64,000 bases of DNA, from contig OZ076413.1 of NCBI GenBank assembly GCA_964187785.1, positions 48,424,001-48,488,000 on the forward strand, in the 5' to 3' direction. The DNA is from Amphiscolops sp. MND2022. Its lineage: Eukaryota. The stretch's first letter is position 1; each line of letters opens with the position of its first letter. A program made the translations under genes and the position numbers. The notes beneath the pieces were generated by a model that was not told where the DNA came from, did not search any database, and worked only from the letters and a program-made list of their open reading frames with translations. Below, in pieces: positions 31,979-46,709 of this stretch.

Positions 31979-34900
31979 ATGTGTTCTACTGAAGAAGATA
32001 GTGCATTGTTGCACCGCAGTCGAGAAGCAGAGTTAGTTGAGAGTGGAGCAGAAGTTGAGTCTGTGGTTGAGTCGGTTGTCCGTGGAGAGGAAAAAACTAG
32101 TGGATGTGGGGGTGATGATGAAAATGAAGAGGCTAGTGGAGGCGGCGTTCAGGAGGAAGCTGGTGTGTCTGTTGAGCAAGCAGAGGGACATGTGCCGGGC
32201 TTTGGTGACAAAGCAAATTCCAGTGATGACAGTAGCGGAGAGCATGAGAGTGTTATTGCAACTGGGTCTTTCCATTCTGCCACAAGTGATGATCGGCATG
32301 ACATTGATTACTTGGCACAGAAGAAAGGTAATCTTTTCTAGAAATTAATAGGTGGCCAGCCTTTTCTAGGTTTTTTGAACGCGTTCTATTCATCTACTTT
32401 CTGTAGCTACCGATGATGGATCTGATGAGGATTATGCCCCGATCCGTAGTACGAGGTCCCAAAAAAAGAAGAAGACAAGGGCCAGTCGAATGTTGTCAAC
32501 TACCAGTGTGCAGTCTGCGAAACGGGTTCGGTTGGCGGATGTCATTTCTGGTTCGATTACCAGGCCGCCCTCTGTTCATGACAGTTCGGGAGATGACCAT
32601 GTGCCCCCCATAATTTCTGCTTCTCGGACTCTTGAAAGTAGGTATTCTTTCTCTTTCTCTTTCTAGGGGTGTCAAGTACAATGAAATGGGTTCATGTATT
32701 GCTTGTAGGGACACTTGTTCTGCATTTCCTGTTGTTCATACCTTGGTTGTATTATAGTTGCTGGAGCAGTGCCTGGGCCGGGAATTGAGTCTTCCGAAGA
32801 CAGTGATGTATTTGTGTGTGAGGTGGCGGGTGATACTCCTGCCCCTGTCAGTGATGCTGTCTCGGAGCTACCCGGTGTGTCGTCCAAGCGTGGCAGGACT
32901 CAGCACGGACGAGTCGCTGTTGGGGTGGAGGCCTCGGTTGTGTATAATGACTGGGAAAATGGTACGTTGAATTTTCATTTCCATTCCTCACTTTATGCCC
33001 TCTTCGTGTTGTGTACTTTTGCTCATGGTGCGGTTTAGCGTCAAATATAGTAATGTGAAACTTGCTTGTTTGTTGTCAGCTGGTCTGGATGCAGTTCCTC
33101 CTGGTTCACCAATGATGATGTCCGCGGCGCAGTGTGTGTTACTGGCCCGAAGTGCTGCCCGAGCAGAACGGACTGAGTCTCTTAAAGAAACTAAAAGCCT
33201 GGCTAAGCGTAATTGTATTGTTGTTGTTCTGTTGTTTGGCTTTCTTGACTTCTTCGGTGGTTTCTTTTGGGTTGTTTTGGTTGCTTCTATCTCTTGGATG
33301 TTTGTATGAAGTGTTGTTGTATGCTGTCATTTGTTTGACTACTTGTTGTTATGTTTAGAATTTGAGGAGTTGTTTCGGCTCCTGAAAGGGAAAGGCATTG
33401 ACGCTGATAACCCTGGACGAGTGCTGGATCCTCTAGAGGCGAAGAAGGCGAGACTGTTGGCTCGGGATGAAGAACGGGCAAAACGGCAGACGGAGCGTCA
33501 TGTGTTGACAAAAGCCATGAGTGACCATGCGATTCCCCGGTTGTTTGTCAGTCGACGGGATGACAAGAGTCCGAATGGGTTCAACTGTTCAATTTGCAAA
33601 AAAGATGTTTCCTTTCTGTCTCGGGGTGCACGAGGCATCTGGCGACATTTCAAGTGCAAGGGTCACTACCTCAAAGATCGTCGGTACCGTTACGATCACG
33701 AGGTTGTGATTTATAACTAGAAGTTTGATCCCATCCGAGTTGCTGACCTGAGTGCTGAACAACGTGCCGAGATTGAGGAAACTCCGCCTGTGGTATTGGG
33801 GCGGATGAATAAGTTTCTGGACGACGAAGTGGACGCACTGGTTGGCGTCCCATCCAATGTGCCCCCAACGACTCTTGTGGGATGTTTGTTGAAACTGTTG
33901 AAGAGTGGAGGGTCCCAGTTATTCTTGCGTCGGCTGTGGAACCAGTTCCGGACTACTTTGCCAGTCGAGAGTCCATACGCGTCAGTTACTTGGAGTAAGA
34001 CGGAGACATTTCTGGTCTTGTGCAGACTCTCTATCCTCGTGTTCTTCGTCGTGTGAAGTCAAGGCTTGGGGACGGCCCGTTTAGCTTGGCGCTGCAGTCT
34101 TCATACTCCGGTGTGAAGTGTATCGTCCGATGCTGCCCCGATGACTGTCTCCGCGAGGTACACCTCTTTGAAGAACCTCATGGAGAAACACCCTGTGAGG
34201 CTGAGATGCGGTGTCTAGCACGTGTTCTGTCCCTTGTGTCAACCTTTCGTGGACCTGCTTCAATTTTGAACTGCCCACCTGTTCTATTTAATGGGTATAT
34301 CGACTGGTGTCAGACCGTTGGTCGTCCTGTGCCTGTTGTTGCTATGGCTTTCGATCCCGATATGTTGCGGCGTCTAATCAATGAGTCCAGTATTGTGTGT
34401 GTGGGGTCTGTGGATCCGTTCTCAGCTCTGGAGTATTTGGTTCAGCGTCTCAAGCGGGTGCGTCATCAGGCGTGGTTATTAAATCTGCCTCAATTGCGTC
34501 TATGTTTGGAAACCGGAGTCGTGCCCTTTGCGTCTATGTGTGGGGTTCTGCAGGAACTTCTGGATAATTGGGCTGATGTGAAGCTGTGCTTATCGAACAA
34601 TGTGCTATTGATGAAGAAGTCAGCGAATGTTGTGGATCTAGATTCTCTTCTGTGTGCTGATCGTCTGGTCTTGCGGCGCTTTGCCTTTTTGCACGTTGTG
34701 TTGCTGTGCTACAATTCAAACTTCAGGAGGCAGCAGGATCCGAAGGTTCGGGATTACGCGTGCCGCAATTTTACTGACTTTTGCTTTTTTTACTGGAGTC
34801 TTTTGGGCAAGGTGAAGAAAGTTAGTCAGTTGCCGTCCGTGGATAATTGGTTTGAGTACATTGATCAGCCTCTGACCAATTGGGCAAATGTTACCGCTGG

Positions 34901-35814
34901 GGAGCGTTTGCAGTCTGAGCCCAGCATCATGACGGCGTTGCGCGGTTTTGATGACGCTCCTCGCCGCACCTTCCTGCGTGAATGTCAGGGTTCTTTGCTC
35001 GAGTTGTTGAAACAGCTTGGATCTTCAGCTTATTGTAATTCCTGTGTGGCCCGTTCGCTCAGCTGTTTGAGTGTAGATATGCTGCTGTGTGGAGATGCTG
35101 AGTATGTGGTAGATTTGTTTCAAGATCTGGTGAGCTGTTTACATGGTGCTAGCTTTCTGAGTGGAGTTGACCGGGAGGCCTCTGTAAATGAGTTCAAGTC
35201 TCTGGTTGTAGACCTGCGTCAACGGTCTTCTGATCCTGAACAAATTTGTGATGTATTCGGATTCTTTGAAGCTAGTGATGTTTATCAGTGCCGGGGCTAC
35301 GTCAAACAAGTGGTTAGTCTGTTGCGAGTGATGGTGTGCTCTGGGCCAAATGCCACGCCTCCGGTGGATATTTCAAGTAGTGGAGTTGGTCTTCCTACAG
35401 CTGTTATCCGTTCAGGGATCAGTGCAGTGCAGTCGTTTGTTCTCCATCCCAAGTTTGTCTCGAATGATTTACTGACCGTGGAGTGTTTGGAGGAGTTAAA
35501 GGTGAATTTGCCTGTGGGGCATCAGTTCTTGGCGCGCACCTCTTTCGATCCGTTCGTGGATATTAGTCGTCATGCTTGGACAGAGGTTTTTGAGAGTTTG
35601 CTACACCGCCTACTACACTGGTCAGGTTGAGGGATGAAGAGCTCGGATGGCTGGTGGGCGATCATCCCGTGGTGTGCCGTCTGGTACTACGTCTGCTGCT
35701 GAGACTGTTTCTGTGGTTGAGGCGTCCGAACCAGTGCAGGCCTCTACGAGTTCGTCGGTGCAAAAGCAGAGAGCGGTGTCGAAGAAAGGATTTCGTCAAG
35801 AGAAGTCTTGTTGA
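31979..35814 (+). pseudogene. Antisense accessory gene of B, spliced: exons 31979..32327, 32407..32637, 32758..32961, 33080..33208, 33359..35814
   Basis: Four phase-1 GT-AG introns join in frame; FNCSIC...H-x5-H, FSLALQ and YNSNF are homologous to the A gene. Lesions: TAG at 33718, frameshifts near 34020 and 35600, TGA near 35635. Confidence 0.85.
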
Positions 35815-36165
35815 GTTTTTTGAAACTTTACGTTGATGAACTGCTTTGATTTATTTTCTTTGTTGTTTCTTTTTATTGTGTACCCATTGTTCTGATGTTA
35901 CAGGGTTCCGCTAGTCGGTTCCGTCTGAGAAAATAAAAAAGATAGAAAATCGGGATAAGAATGCTCTGGTATTATGGAGCGAAGAAAAAATTTGAGGCAG
36001 TTCAATGGTCTGTTGGGCCAGTCAATTTAGTATATAGCCTCGGTATTTTTTTCATCCAAGTTGTAGAGTAGTAGAGTGTAAGAGAGAGAGTGAGAGCCAT
36101 TATAAGTTGAGGAGATTTGAATATGAGTCGCAGTATAGCTGTCCAGGTTAGCGCCTGGGGCCTTT

Positions 36166-39100
36166 TCAGTTTTCTGATCGCGGGCCACCGTCGGGGCCGA
36201 GGTCCGCTAGGATCTGTATTTCTGGGCCGTCGTCTAGGCTTTTGTTCTGATTTACGGAATTTTTAGAGTTTATCTCTAATGCGTTGTAATATGCGAAATC
36301 TGGTTTCCAATTTGAAGCTGGGTTTCGTCGGAGATTGTAATGGGATTTTCGGGGGGATTTAGGAACAGGTGTATGATCTTCGGGTTCATCTTCGGTATCT
36401 AGGACTGGGTCATCCGTGTGGCTTCCTGGGTGGTTACTATTGCTTTCAGGCCCGTGCATTGGGTCGGGGTTCAAAGGGCTAGGGTACGTAAGGGCATCGT
36501 TTGTTTCCGGTGCTTGGGGTATTACTTCGTGTTCGGGTGACTGGCTATTTCCGGGGTGGGTAGGGGGTTCTTGATAAAGTTCTTGCCAAGCCATTGCGAA
36601 GAGGTCATCGTGCTGTATGATTACCTCTGTGTCCTGCTGGAAATCTTTAGGCGAAACTGAGATGTCAGGCAGTTTGTGGCTGCTTGCGAATGGCCTTAGT
36701 CTGATTCTGTGCAGGATATGGGTGAGGTTCGTTTGGAGTTTTCGGATTAAATAATTATTATTAGGTGGGGCTTTGACCACGATATATGGTCCCGTCCAAA
36801 GGTATTCCCGAAACGGCAGTTTTGTCGCTTGGCTATGCGCCTTTGGATGCAATGCATAGCAGTAGTCGTTTACTACCAGTGGGTTTGCTGATGCCTTTCT
36901 GTCATAATAGCGTTTATGACGTACATAGGCCTGCATCAGTGCTTGCTGACTTTGGTTGAGGATTTGTCGTGTTTGCTGCAACACTTCCTCAGCTTTTTCG
37001 TGATTGATTGGGGTAGGGGGCTGTGGTTTGAGTCCGTATTTCAAGTCGAGTACGTTGTAGGGCACTCTTCCGTGAAACACCCTGCTGGGTTCGCAGCCTA
37101 GGGATGTGTGGTATGAGGTATTGTAGTTCAATACTGCCATCGGTAGGAACTGGTGCCACATAGTGCGTCGTTCTTCTGTCATGATTTCGAGACTTTTTTT
37201 CAGGGAGGCGTGAGTCCTCTCTAGAATGCCGATCGTCTGGGCATGTTTTGTGGTGGCGTGTTTCAATTGGATTCCCAATGCTGCTGTGGTTTGATGCATT
37301 GCTTCTGATATAAATTGGGATCCCTTGTCGGTTATTATTGTTGTGGGTAAGTAGCAATGCCTGGTTATGATGTCTGTGAGGACTCGTGTGACTGTCTTGG
37401 TATCGATTCTGGTGACACTGTATGCAAATAGATATCTGGAGAACACGTCCATTGCAGTAATGACTGCGGTATAGCCTCCTGATGGGTCATCAAAAGGGAC
37501 TATGTCCATCTGGAGTGCATTTTCGGGTCCCATTGCTACTTTTGACATGTCGATCAGCGGTGGTGTGATGGTGCTGTTGGGTGTTCTCTTTGTCTGGGCA
37601 CATTCCATACAGTGCGCTATATGGTTAGCTATTCGGGCGGCAAGTCCTGGGAAGTAGTACTTCTCGCGGCATTGTTGCATAGTTTTGGCTATTCCCGGGT
37701 GTTTTCCATATTTGCCATGGTGGTGTTGTATGAATTCATCGACAAGTTGTTGGGGGAGCAGCACTTGTAAATATTTGACTTTTCCAGTGTCCCCAAAGTA
37801 TTGCCTATATAGGAGTCCATCTTTGATAATGATCCTATCTTCTTGGGCTAGGTACTTCGTTGCTCTGGGATCGTCATTGAGGAGTTGGGTGTCGTACGGT
37901 TCCCTCAATATTTTGAGCTTGAGGTTTCTGAGGACGGGGTCCTGGTCTTGGTGTGGTCTCAGGCTGCGAGGAAAATTGGTTTCGTTGTGTAGCTGACGCC
38001 TTTGTTCCTGTTCCGGGTCTTGGATGTTGTTGCAAACCAGGGGCAGATTCTCTGTTTGTGAGCTTGGTTCGGTGGTATCGATTTGAGGATCAGTTGGCTG
38101 TTCTTGGGGGTTATAGATTTTCTTTCGGGCGCGTTGTTTGCGTTCCCAGATGTCTTCTTCAGTTTCGGAATCGTCTTCTGGCAAAAAGTAGAATTGATCC
38201 TCCTCATGTATGTCTGAGGATTGGATGTTAACTTGGATGGGCGTGGTCTGGATATCTTCCCTGATTTGGAGAAGGACTTTTCCTTTGGATTGATGTCCAA
38301 TCGGGAGAGGAAGTCTGCCGCCGTGTTCATCCTTCCTGGCACATGGGCAATTTTGAAGTGAAATTGAAGCACAAAATCACAGGCGTTCCACAGGGAGGGT
38401 GGGATAATTTTGGTTTGAAAAAACCTTGTGACTGATTTATTGTTTGTTAGGACGATGGTTGGTTTGGAGGAACCCCACAAGATGTGGCTATATTCCATGA
38501 AGGCGAAATAAATGGCTGAAAACTCCTTGGCATAAATTGACATTTTCAATTGTGACGGGGAGAAAGTTTTAGAGCCAAATGCCACGGGGGCATATGTTTT
38601 CTTGGTGGAGGTGAGTTTCTGTTCTGGGTTTTCTTCAGTCATCAAGGCATATCCAGCGTTCTTGATGTTCGCATCAGTCATTAGGACATACTGCCGGTTT
38701 GGCAGCGGCTGTTTGAGCCAGAGGTCACATGCGTTGTCTAACGACTTGTTGATGGCTTCAAAGTTGGTTATGAGTTCTTGATCTATTTTGGCAGGTTTGT
38801 CGGATTTGATGAGTTCGTGGAAAGGGGCTATCTTCTCGGATAATCGGGGAATGTAGTTTCTGTAATAGTTCACGAATCCGATGTATCGTTGAAGTCCTTT
38901 CTTCGTTCGAGGGAACTTGAGTGTTTCCAAGTATTTCTGGATCTTGTGGCTCTGGGGTGCCACTCCTGATGGGGAGATCGTTCGCCCAAGGAATTCGACT
39001 TCCTTGGCGCCGAACTGACATTTCGCCATTGTGAGCCGGAGTCCTGCGGCACGGATGCATTGAAAAACCTCTCTCAAATTGTTTTTCAACTCTTCGGGAG

Positions 39101-41740
39101 TGTTTGTGGCGATTCCAATGTCGTCCACGTATTGGGCGCATTTGTCCGCCTTTATGGCTTTGTCCAGGTATTCCCTCATGAAACTTGAGAAGGACGATAG
39201 TGAGCGGCGCAGTCCTTGGGCCAGTCTCAGGTACGCGAACGTTCTGCTGGCAAAATTGAAGGCTAGGAGCTGGACCGACTTCTGGCCTGCCATCTGCAGT
39301 ACGTGGTAAGCTTGTGAGCAATCAAGCTTGCAAAACAACTTCTTGCCGGCCAGGTGTTGTGCAGCGTCGGTTAGTGTGCTGACCGGATGGTTATTGTTAA
39401 TATAGTCGTCGGAGATCAAATTATTGATCTTTCGGAGGTCCACTAGGAGGCGCAGTCGTCCATTCGGTTTGCGCTGGGCGAAGATCGGGCTGGCGTACTT
39501 GCTGAACGGGAGGGTTGTTATGATCCCGAAGTAATGCATTAATGCTAGTTCCACTGTCAAGTCCTCTTTCAAGTTAATAGGGCAGGGCAGGCTTTGCGAG
39601 TAGACTGGGTCGTCCGTTTTCGGCGTGAGTTTGATTTTGAAGTCATGGTTAATTCCGATGTCCAATCGGTGCCTCGCAAAAATGTCATTGAACTCTATCA
39701 GTATTTCTTGGATGTCTTTCTGGTCATTTTCTGTTAGCTGGGAGTCATCCCATTTGAAGTTTTTGAGGAATGCTTCTCGGTCATCTGCGTTGTTGTTGGG
39801 GTCCAGCTTCTGGTTCTCTTCCAGTTCTTTGATTTCCCTCAGTATCCTGCTCTGAATTGGCGTGTGGGTATTTGGGTCTCCAGGGTTATCTGGTGTGGGG
39901 AACCAAAAATTTTGACTGTGAGAAGGTTGGTCAGAAGTTTTCAGGAGTTCGTTGATGTATATTATGGCGTCTTCTGAGTCGTCCTCCGTGAGTACTTTTA
40001 GTGCTGCTGTGTTGAGTGGTTTGAGTTCTTTGGCTTCTGCGGGTGACATGATTTTGAACTCAGCAACAATTGTATTCTTTTTTATGGTGTAAGGCGTGGG
40101 GGTAGTATTGGTTACCCTGACGTCAATCGTCCGGTTGGAGGCCGTGGATTTCGAGCTCGCTACGACCAAAGGGTCACCGCTGCAATGGTTGGTGGCGGGG
40201 TTGATGGCACCGGTTGTGTCGATGATAGATGTTATGTCCGCGTAGGCGGTGATTGTCTGGGTTGTTTCAGGAGGAATGGTGAGTGGACTCTTGACTTGTA
40301 CTTTGTATAGCTTTCTGTTGCGGGTAAATTCATCGGTTTCAATCGAGTACGTTAGATGGGGGAAGTGGAGTAGGCCTTGGCTTACATCCAGAATGGCGCT
40401 ATCGTTTTTCAGGAATGTGAGGCCGAGTATTGGGCCTGTGAGTCGTTTTGCGACGATGAACGTTTCTTTGAAATTCCAGTCCCCGATTTCGAATTGGAGG
40501 ATTATGGTCTTGGTGGGGGTTTCAATGTCGCCGTTTGTAACTTGGAGTTTGAACGGAGGTGGTTCCAGTTCTTTGACTATGTCCTTGGGGGACATGTGGA
40601 GGATTTTGTTGTAATCGGTTTCGGAGATGCAGTTGACCAGTGCTCCGGAGTCGATGAGGGCGTCCAAGGTCAAGTCCTGGAAGTCCATTGGGGCGAATAG
40701 CATCTTCTTTTTCTTCTTAAGGGTCACCGCTGAGAAGATTGGGATGCATTCTTTTTTGGTGATGGGGTCTCTTGTGAGGTATTATGCAATCTGAGCCATG
40801 GGGTAGGACTGGGGTTCGTCCTGTGTCGGTGTGTCAATTACAGCACCTGAGGGGGATTCAGATTGCATGTTGGTTTCGGCAGCCGTAATGGGTCGAGGGT
40901 CCTCGACTTCATTTGCGGGCTGACTTCTTGGGGAGGAGGGTGAGGGCGACGCCTCGTTGTAGGAGAGGGGCTCTAGGAGTAGAGACCTTTTTATTCTCCT
41001 TGTTTTCGGTGTGGAGATTGTTATCTCCGTGTTGGTTGTAGTTTGGGTCAGGTCCACGGCTTTAGTCGTGGTCCTGCCGGTGAGCTTTTGGGTTTGGTGA
41101 CAGTCTGGTGCCACGTCCATTGTTGGGGATCGTACGATTCCGGATCTGATGGGGTTGGCTGTTTGGTGTTTTGGTGGTGATTGTGGAGCCGTGGTTTGGG
41201 ATCCATGGTTTTTAAGTATGGACTTTGGCCTGGTAGTCGATTCGTCGACTAGTATTTCCGTCACTCATTCTGTGTCTTGGTTGTACTCTGGGACCGGTTG
41301 GATGGTTTTCGGTCTGTGGCGTGGTTCTGTGGATATATTCATCCCGGTTGTCTTGATAAATTCCTCAAATGGCGTGCACTCTCGTTGTTTAAAGGTTAAA
41401 GTCGTTTTGTCGTAGATTTTGGGGTTGTGATAGGGGTCGCAGTTGAAGTCGGGATCACGTATATAGGTTTCAGGGGTAGTAGTTTCGGGTAGTGGTCGTT
41501 TTGGAGTGTCGTAGTCGTTCGGGTTGTTAAAGTACCATTGTGGGTAGTCTTTTTGGTCGTATTTTGACGGTTGTACTTATGGAGCCTGTGGATTTGCCAT
41601 CTTCGCTGCCAGTCGAGAGATGGTTGTTCATAGCGCACGGTGATTTCATCATGGTCGTAAGAGTTTGGGGGTTCCGATGTTAAGAAGTGTCGTGTGTCGA
41701 CCTCCTTCCCAAACTGAAGATGTGGCGAATTTAGTTTTTT
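36166..41740 (-). pseudogene. pol: Pol of B (PR, dUTPase-like insert, RT, RH, IN) with frameshifts near 41400, 40790 and 38280
   Basis: LIDSGA, QYVDD, HHCC, D-D-E, WTGPY; long stretches nearly identical in protein to pol of A. Confidence 0.92.
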
Positions 41741-43278
41741 GACTGATTTGGTTCCTGGGGTTGGTTTTGGGGTTGCCTTGTCGCTTGCGCAGGCGGCATG
41801 TAGCCCATTTGGCTAGTTGCTTGATTGTGGTACTGGGTTTGGGTTTGGGTTGTCATTAGGAGAGGGGGTAGGTAGCCCATTTGGCTGGTTGTTTGGTTCT
41901 GGTACGGCGGTTGGGTAGCTTGGAAATTGTTTTTGGCATACTGACCTTGTGATTGTGGAGGTATCGGGATGTTATTTGGGGACGTGGCTTTGGGGGTTTT
42001 CCACCACTGTGGTCGATTTGCCCAGTTGGAGCGTTCTTGGGTTGTGTGGCTTTTCTTACCACAAGTTTCGCATGGATCGACAATTTTGTTGGGCACCCTG
42101 TTACCTCTATTGCGGGCTTCGCGGGCTACTTTCCGGCAGTTTTTGATAACATGACCGGATTGTCCACATCCGTAGCATGGTCCTGACGGTTTGGGAGGAT
42201 TCGTAGCTTGCTGTGGTTCTAGTGCGTCGATTTGATGCACTCCTGTTATGTTGGTCTCGTTGGGGGCCAACAGCCCGTTTAACTCCATCTCTCTCTCTAA
42301 GTGTTGGACCATCATTTCGTAATATTCAGTTTCTAACCTTGCTTGGTTCAGGACTCGTTTGAGGTTGGTTGGCATTTTCGCGTAGAAGGAGGTCTCGATA
42401 AACTTGGGGGCGTCGTCACCGTATGCTTCTTGAGCCAGCTTTTGATACTGCTCCAAGAAGTCTTGGAAGGTTTGTTGGGATGGGTCAAAATGGAGTTGTT
42501 CCCATTTGCAACGGGCTGTCGCGATAGATTGGGGGCGGACATATCGTCGTCGGAAGGTCGCGATGATGTCGTCTAGGCTGGCACGGTTTCTGTCAGTCAT
42601 GTTGCGGTAAGTCTGCAGAGCGTCATCCCTGAGTAGGGAGTGGAAATAGTGGATCTGCTCCTCTTCTGAGATGTTGGGATACACTTTGAGGCTGGTCATG
42701 AAGAGGTCTTCAAAGTGCTCAAACTTGTCGTTCTTTCCGTTGAATGTGGGCATGGTTGTTGACAATGCCTTGGGCAATCTGGGGAGCCCTATGTTTTGTT
42801 GGGTGACATTCCTGAATGATTCTAGCAGCTTGTCCACTATGTGATCCGGGAATTTCTGGTTGGGAGGCGGTAGGCTCGATGATCGGGGCGTTGCTTCTGT
42901 TCGGGGGAACACTCCTGTCACCATGTGTTGACCCTGAGACGGGTGCAACTCGTTCAACGTAGTTGACCTTGATGTCGAAGCTTGATTTTCAGGATCGCAA
43001 GGATCTACTACGGAATTTTCAGATCTAGGCGGATGGCCGGACAATATATCTATTTTCGAAGATAGATTCTCGATCATCTTCAGAATTTCCCTTTGCCCGG
43101 TCTCGGCATCTTTTATTCTTCTACCAACTGATTTTTCGATTTTCTCAGAGGTTTCGGAGAAATCACGATCAGAGATACTGGGTACATTTTCAGTCCTTTG
43201 GCTAGCTGCCTCAGGTTCACCTAGTTAGCTGGATACTGAATCCCTTCTGGCTTTCCTTTTAGAGAATCTTTCGGGCAT
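41731..43278 (-). CDS. gag: Gag of B, starting in the LTR (MPERFSKRK at 43278; one nonsense codon near 43225 in this LTR copy)
   Basis: CYGCGQSGHVIKNC knuckle; crosses the LTR/PBS junction as QH-MVTG; the 3' LTR copy has a sense codon (TCA) at the stop position. Confidence 0.85.
41734..41740 (-). promoter_or_regulatory. -1 frameshift slippery heptamer A AAA AAC (gag-pol of B)
   Basis: Gag ends TCA AAA AAC TAA; the -1 frame continues into ORF 41396..41638. Confidence 0.8.
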
Positions 43279-44770
43279 TTTAGACTTCGAGTTTACAGGG
43301 TCAAACTATTCGACAAGGAATGAAGAAAGGTTGAGATTTTTAATCTTCAATTGAGTTTTGTAACAAGAGAAAAAGTTGTCTTACAGAAAGCGATTATTGA
43401 ATTTTCAGAGTCTATCAAAATTGGTATTTTTCAACTGCACTTATTTAACTTTCCCAAGTATATATACCTTTCACCCACGTGAAGCGGGGAAAAATCCGCA
43501 CCACTTTCACGCTTTATTCAGCCCGGCGTCCTTCCAAGGCGGAGAAACCGGAAGTTCAGTTCCGCTTTGTCGAACTCAGGCTCTCAGTTTGTTCATGCTT
43601 TCCGAGGAAAGCACGCGTCCACTTCCTGCCTGAGTTGCGACTCCGCTTCCCTTCACCTCCAATTCCCGCCTTTTCAGGACGCCGAAGCTGAAATCAGCAA
43701 CAAAATGAGCGATGATTCAACATTTCGCTTTTAAAAGCGGGAAAAATGAAATTAAAGCAACGACTTTTGTGGAAATTAGAAATTTCCCAAAACGATTTAA
43801 CTGATTTAAATATTACTCCAGATAAAAGTTATTTCAACGAAACTGCACTTAGGCTCGTAAAACCACTCGTGTAGGCATGAAAACACTGATTAGGTATAAA
43901 GGGGCAAAGCTCGGTCTCAGGTTGGGGTCCGAGACGATTAAGGCAAAATAACTGATTTCGCAAAACTAGCAACGACTAACAATTTTGTGATTTAAATCAA
44001 CTTGGGGATGCGGTTCAGGTCATTTCTCAACCCAGTTTGAATGAAGATTAATTTTAAAAGGGTAGTACAAATCATTATTAGTGATTAAATAACTCAAGTC
44101 AAAGATTTAATTCCCAGGCCGGGGTCTAGGCCGTGGTTTAATGCATTCAAAGTTAAGTATTGCTACATCAACAAATGGTCACAAACTGCATGTAATCAAC
44201 CACTAATTCTTATTATACTGCGTATTTGGGACGTGGTTTCACTGATGAGACGGTGGGTAATCGGGAGTACCGATAATTTCACTTTTAGGATGGATTTGGG
44301 CAAACCTGATTTCAGGCCGTGTCCTGGGTTTACATGGGTGAATAGTATTGCACAGCACTCTTGATCGTTATTCGATCGTTTTTCATTGTAGGTGTTTAGT
44401 TATCGGGTAAAAATCATCAACCGAATTAACAATTTCCATTTCTACAATGGATTTTATAAATTTACATTTCAGGCTACTTCCTGGGCCGCGGTACATTACT
44501 TCCAGTTAAAATCAACACAATTTGTACATTACTCAGGGAATTACATGTAAATCATCACAATAGTTGTCTTTGTTTGCATCAACACTTTTACATGTAATCA
44601 TTTAATAGCGCGTTCACTGCTGCATAGTGTTAAATAGCTCATTTCAATCTCAGGCCGCTTGCCAGGCCGCCGCTTCACTGCGCATATCTGAGGCCGGTCG
44701 CCAGGCCACGGTTTCGCCATTAATCTTTCAAACCGTTTGCTGAGCGGTGTGATTCTATTAATAATATAGC
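42924..44770 (-). repeat. 5' LTR of B, inner part
   Basis: Matches 29051..~30934; interrupted at ATAGC. Confidence 0.95.
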
Positions 44771-46709
44771 TGTCATGAACATTACGATGTATTCTATCAC
44801 CGTGTTCATTATTGAGGGTAGTTCTAGTTTTCGCGTTATACTGAACTTCGGAATAACTTTCCGGTCTCTCGTCGGATCTCTCCCATCCCCTTCTAGTCTC
44901 TTGTCCTGAACCGGCCATAATAACGTTTTGAATTTGTGGCAAAACTTGGTTATTGATGGCATCACTTATGGCTCTCTGGATTTGAGAACTAACGCTGTTC
45001 ATCATCTCATCCATTTCCCTAGATATTCTAGAGTTTAGTTCACACGATAACTTATTGATCTCAGCTTGAGAATCTATACTCGCTGTGGTTTGGTCGTAAC
45101 CGGCACTAGTCCCAGTTTCGGGATTTCTATGATCAGAATGGAGATTCATTTCCTCATTTTCTAAGTTATTGCTTGTAACACTTTCCTGCCTTCTAATGGA
45201 AGTTCCATCGAGGCTTTCGTCCCTCCTCATGTCATTGAAGTGATTTTCACCTAACATTATGTCAAGGTTTTCAATGTCAGAGAGAATCTCTAATCCTCTA
45301 GATTTCCTTGCCTTCTTTTGTTTTCTAGTAGTAGGCATTAAGACTAAACCGGGTTGAATAGTTAAATTATTAAAACCGGAAAACAGAATTGATGATTGTT
45401 AACGGGAAAGTGTTATCAACTGAATATTAGGAGCAAAACAAAATTGTGTCCACCCAAAGGAAGTTGCCCCTATATATACTTCCTTGGGCGGGATAAACAT
45501 GATGCAAACAGCCAAAAAATGTTACAAACACATTCCGAAAGCACCTGACTTAACTCGACTATGCTAGCACCAAAGTGCCGCCGAATCGTGATCGTAAGGT
45601 CACGCGGCCGATCAAATTCCTGTTTTGACAACTATAACAAGTATTCAAAAGGCACACGGTACATCAAATAGCATCGATTAAAATGTTTACGCCGCTAATA
45701 TTTCAGGAATGCTGACAATCTCGTGTCGGCACGTGCCCCGTTAGCAGGCTAGATCAACTTGTATACAGCAATGTTACATGTAACAGCACATATTTTCCTT
45801 TATTTAATATGCACACAGATTCCACGTGTCAACTAGTAAATATGGTCAGACATGTCCTTTGGACTAATATTGGTAGCAACATCATACATTGGTATTGATT
45901 ACACCAATTAATTTCAAAAGTTACATGAGTCTTTGCGACGTACTTGTAATTATACATGACATTCAAAGTACACTAAATGATTGTAATTAGCATCTGAATA
46001 ATAGTATTGAAAAGGGGCCTCACCCGGCCACTGTCCAATTGGTCACAGCAACAGAGGATAGAAGTCAGGCAAATGGCCTTATTCGGCCTAATATTGGAAT
46101 GGATAAAATAAAGCGCCAATTAGCTAAAATGAACGTTTAATTAGTACAGCAACGTGATTAGACTACTATTAAACGAAACACAACAGTGCTCGCATTAATA
46201 TTCTTTCATCTGAACATTAAGGCCGGAACCGGCCGTTTGACTAAAGCGCCAATAGATAAAGGTGAAATTCCGGCATATGGCCTAAACCGGCCATTAATTA
46301 AATACAGCACTACTATTACTCAAATGGATGAATATGATTGGCTAACAGGTTGAGCTCAAGTGACGTCTCCGGAATTGGAGTTACGTTCACTTGAACTCGT
46401 TTCCTTTACGCTTTCTAGCTGCCTATCTATTGCTACAACAGCGTGTTCATACTGCACTTCTAGCTCTTACAATTATCAATACAGCATCTGAATTTTCAAA
46501 TGTTGGCATTAACGGACTAATATCAACAAACTATATACTAAGTGTAAAATTCGCAACGATAACAGGTACAACTTGTTGACTAAAAAATAATAGCAAAGTT
46601 TGTGTTTTTAATGTTTACCTCTAATATATTGGTAGAGTTCCGGCCGCTATTTCCTGTCCTTCTGCGGTAGTAGTGATCCTTGTACCATCACAGGCGGCAG
46701 CCTGCGACA
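44771..46709 (-). repeat. Family C LTR (1939 bp), left arm; contains the gag N-terminal ORF MPTTRKQKK (45338 to the LTR end)
   Basis: U5 end is defined by the PBS-adjacent copy at 47734; U3 start TGTCGCAGG is inferred from the solo LTR at 53543. Confidence 0.8.

Noticed and set aside
31979..35814. Independent host gene or nested hAT transposon
   Set aside because: It lies inside the TSD-bounded element at the same position and orientation as in A, and no TIRs or 8-bp TSD were seen around it.
44598..44770. C-terminal extensions of the MPTTRK ORFs (also 51878..51966)
   Set aside because: They are read-through into flanking B LTR sequence; the two copies diverge exactly at the insertion boundary.
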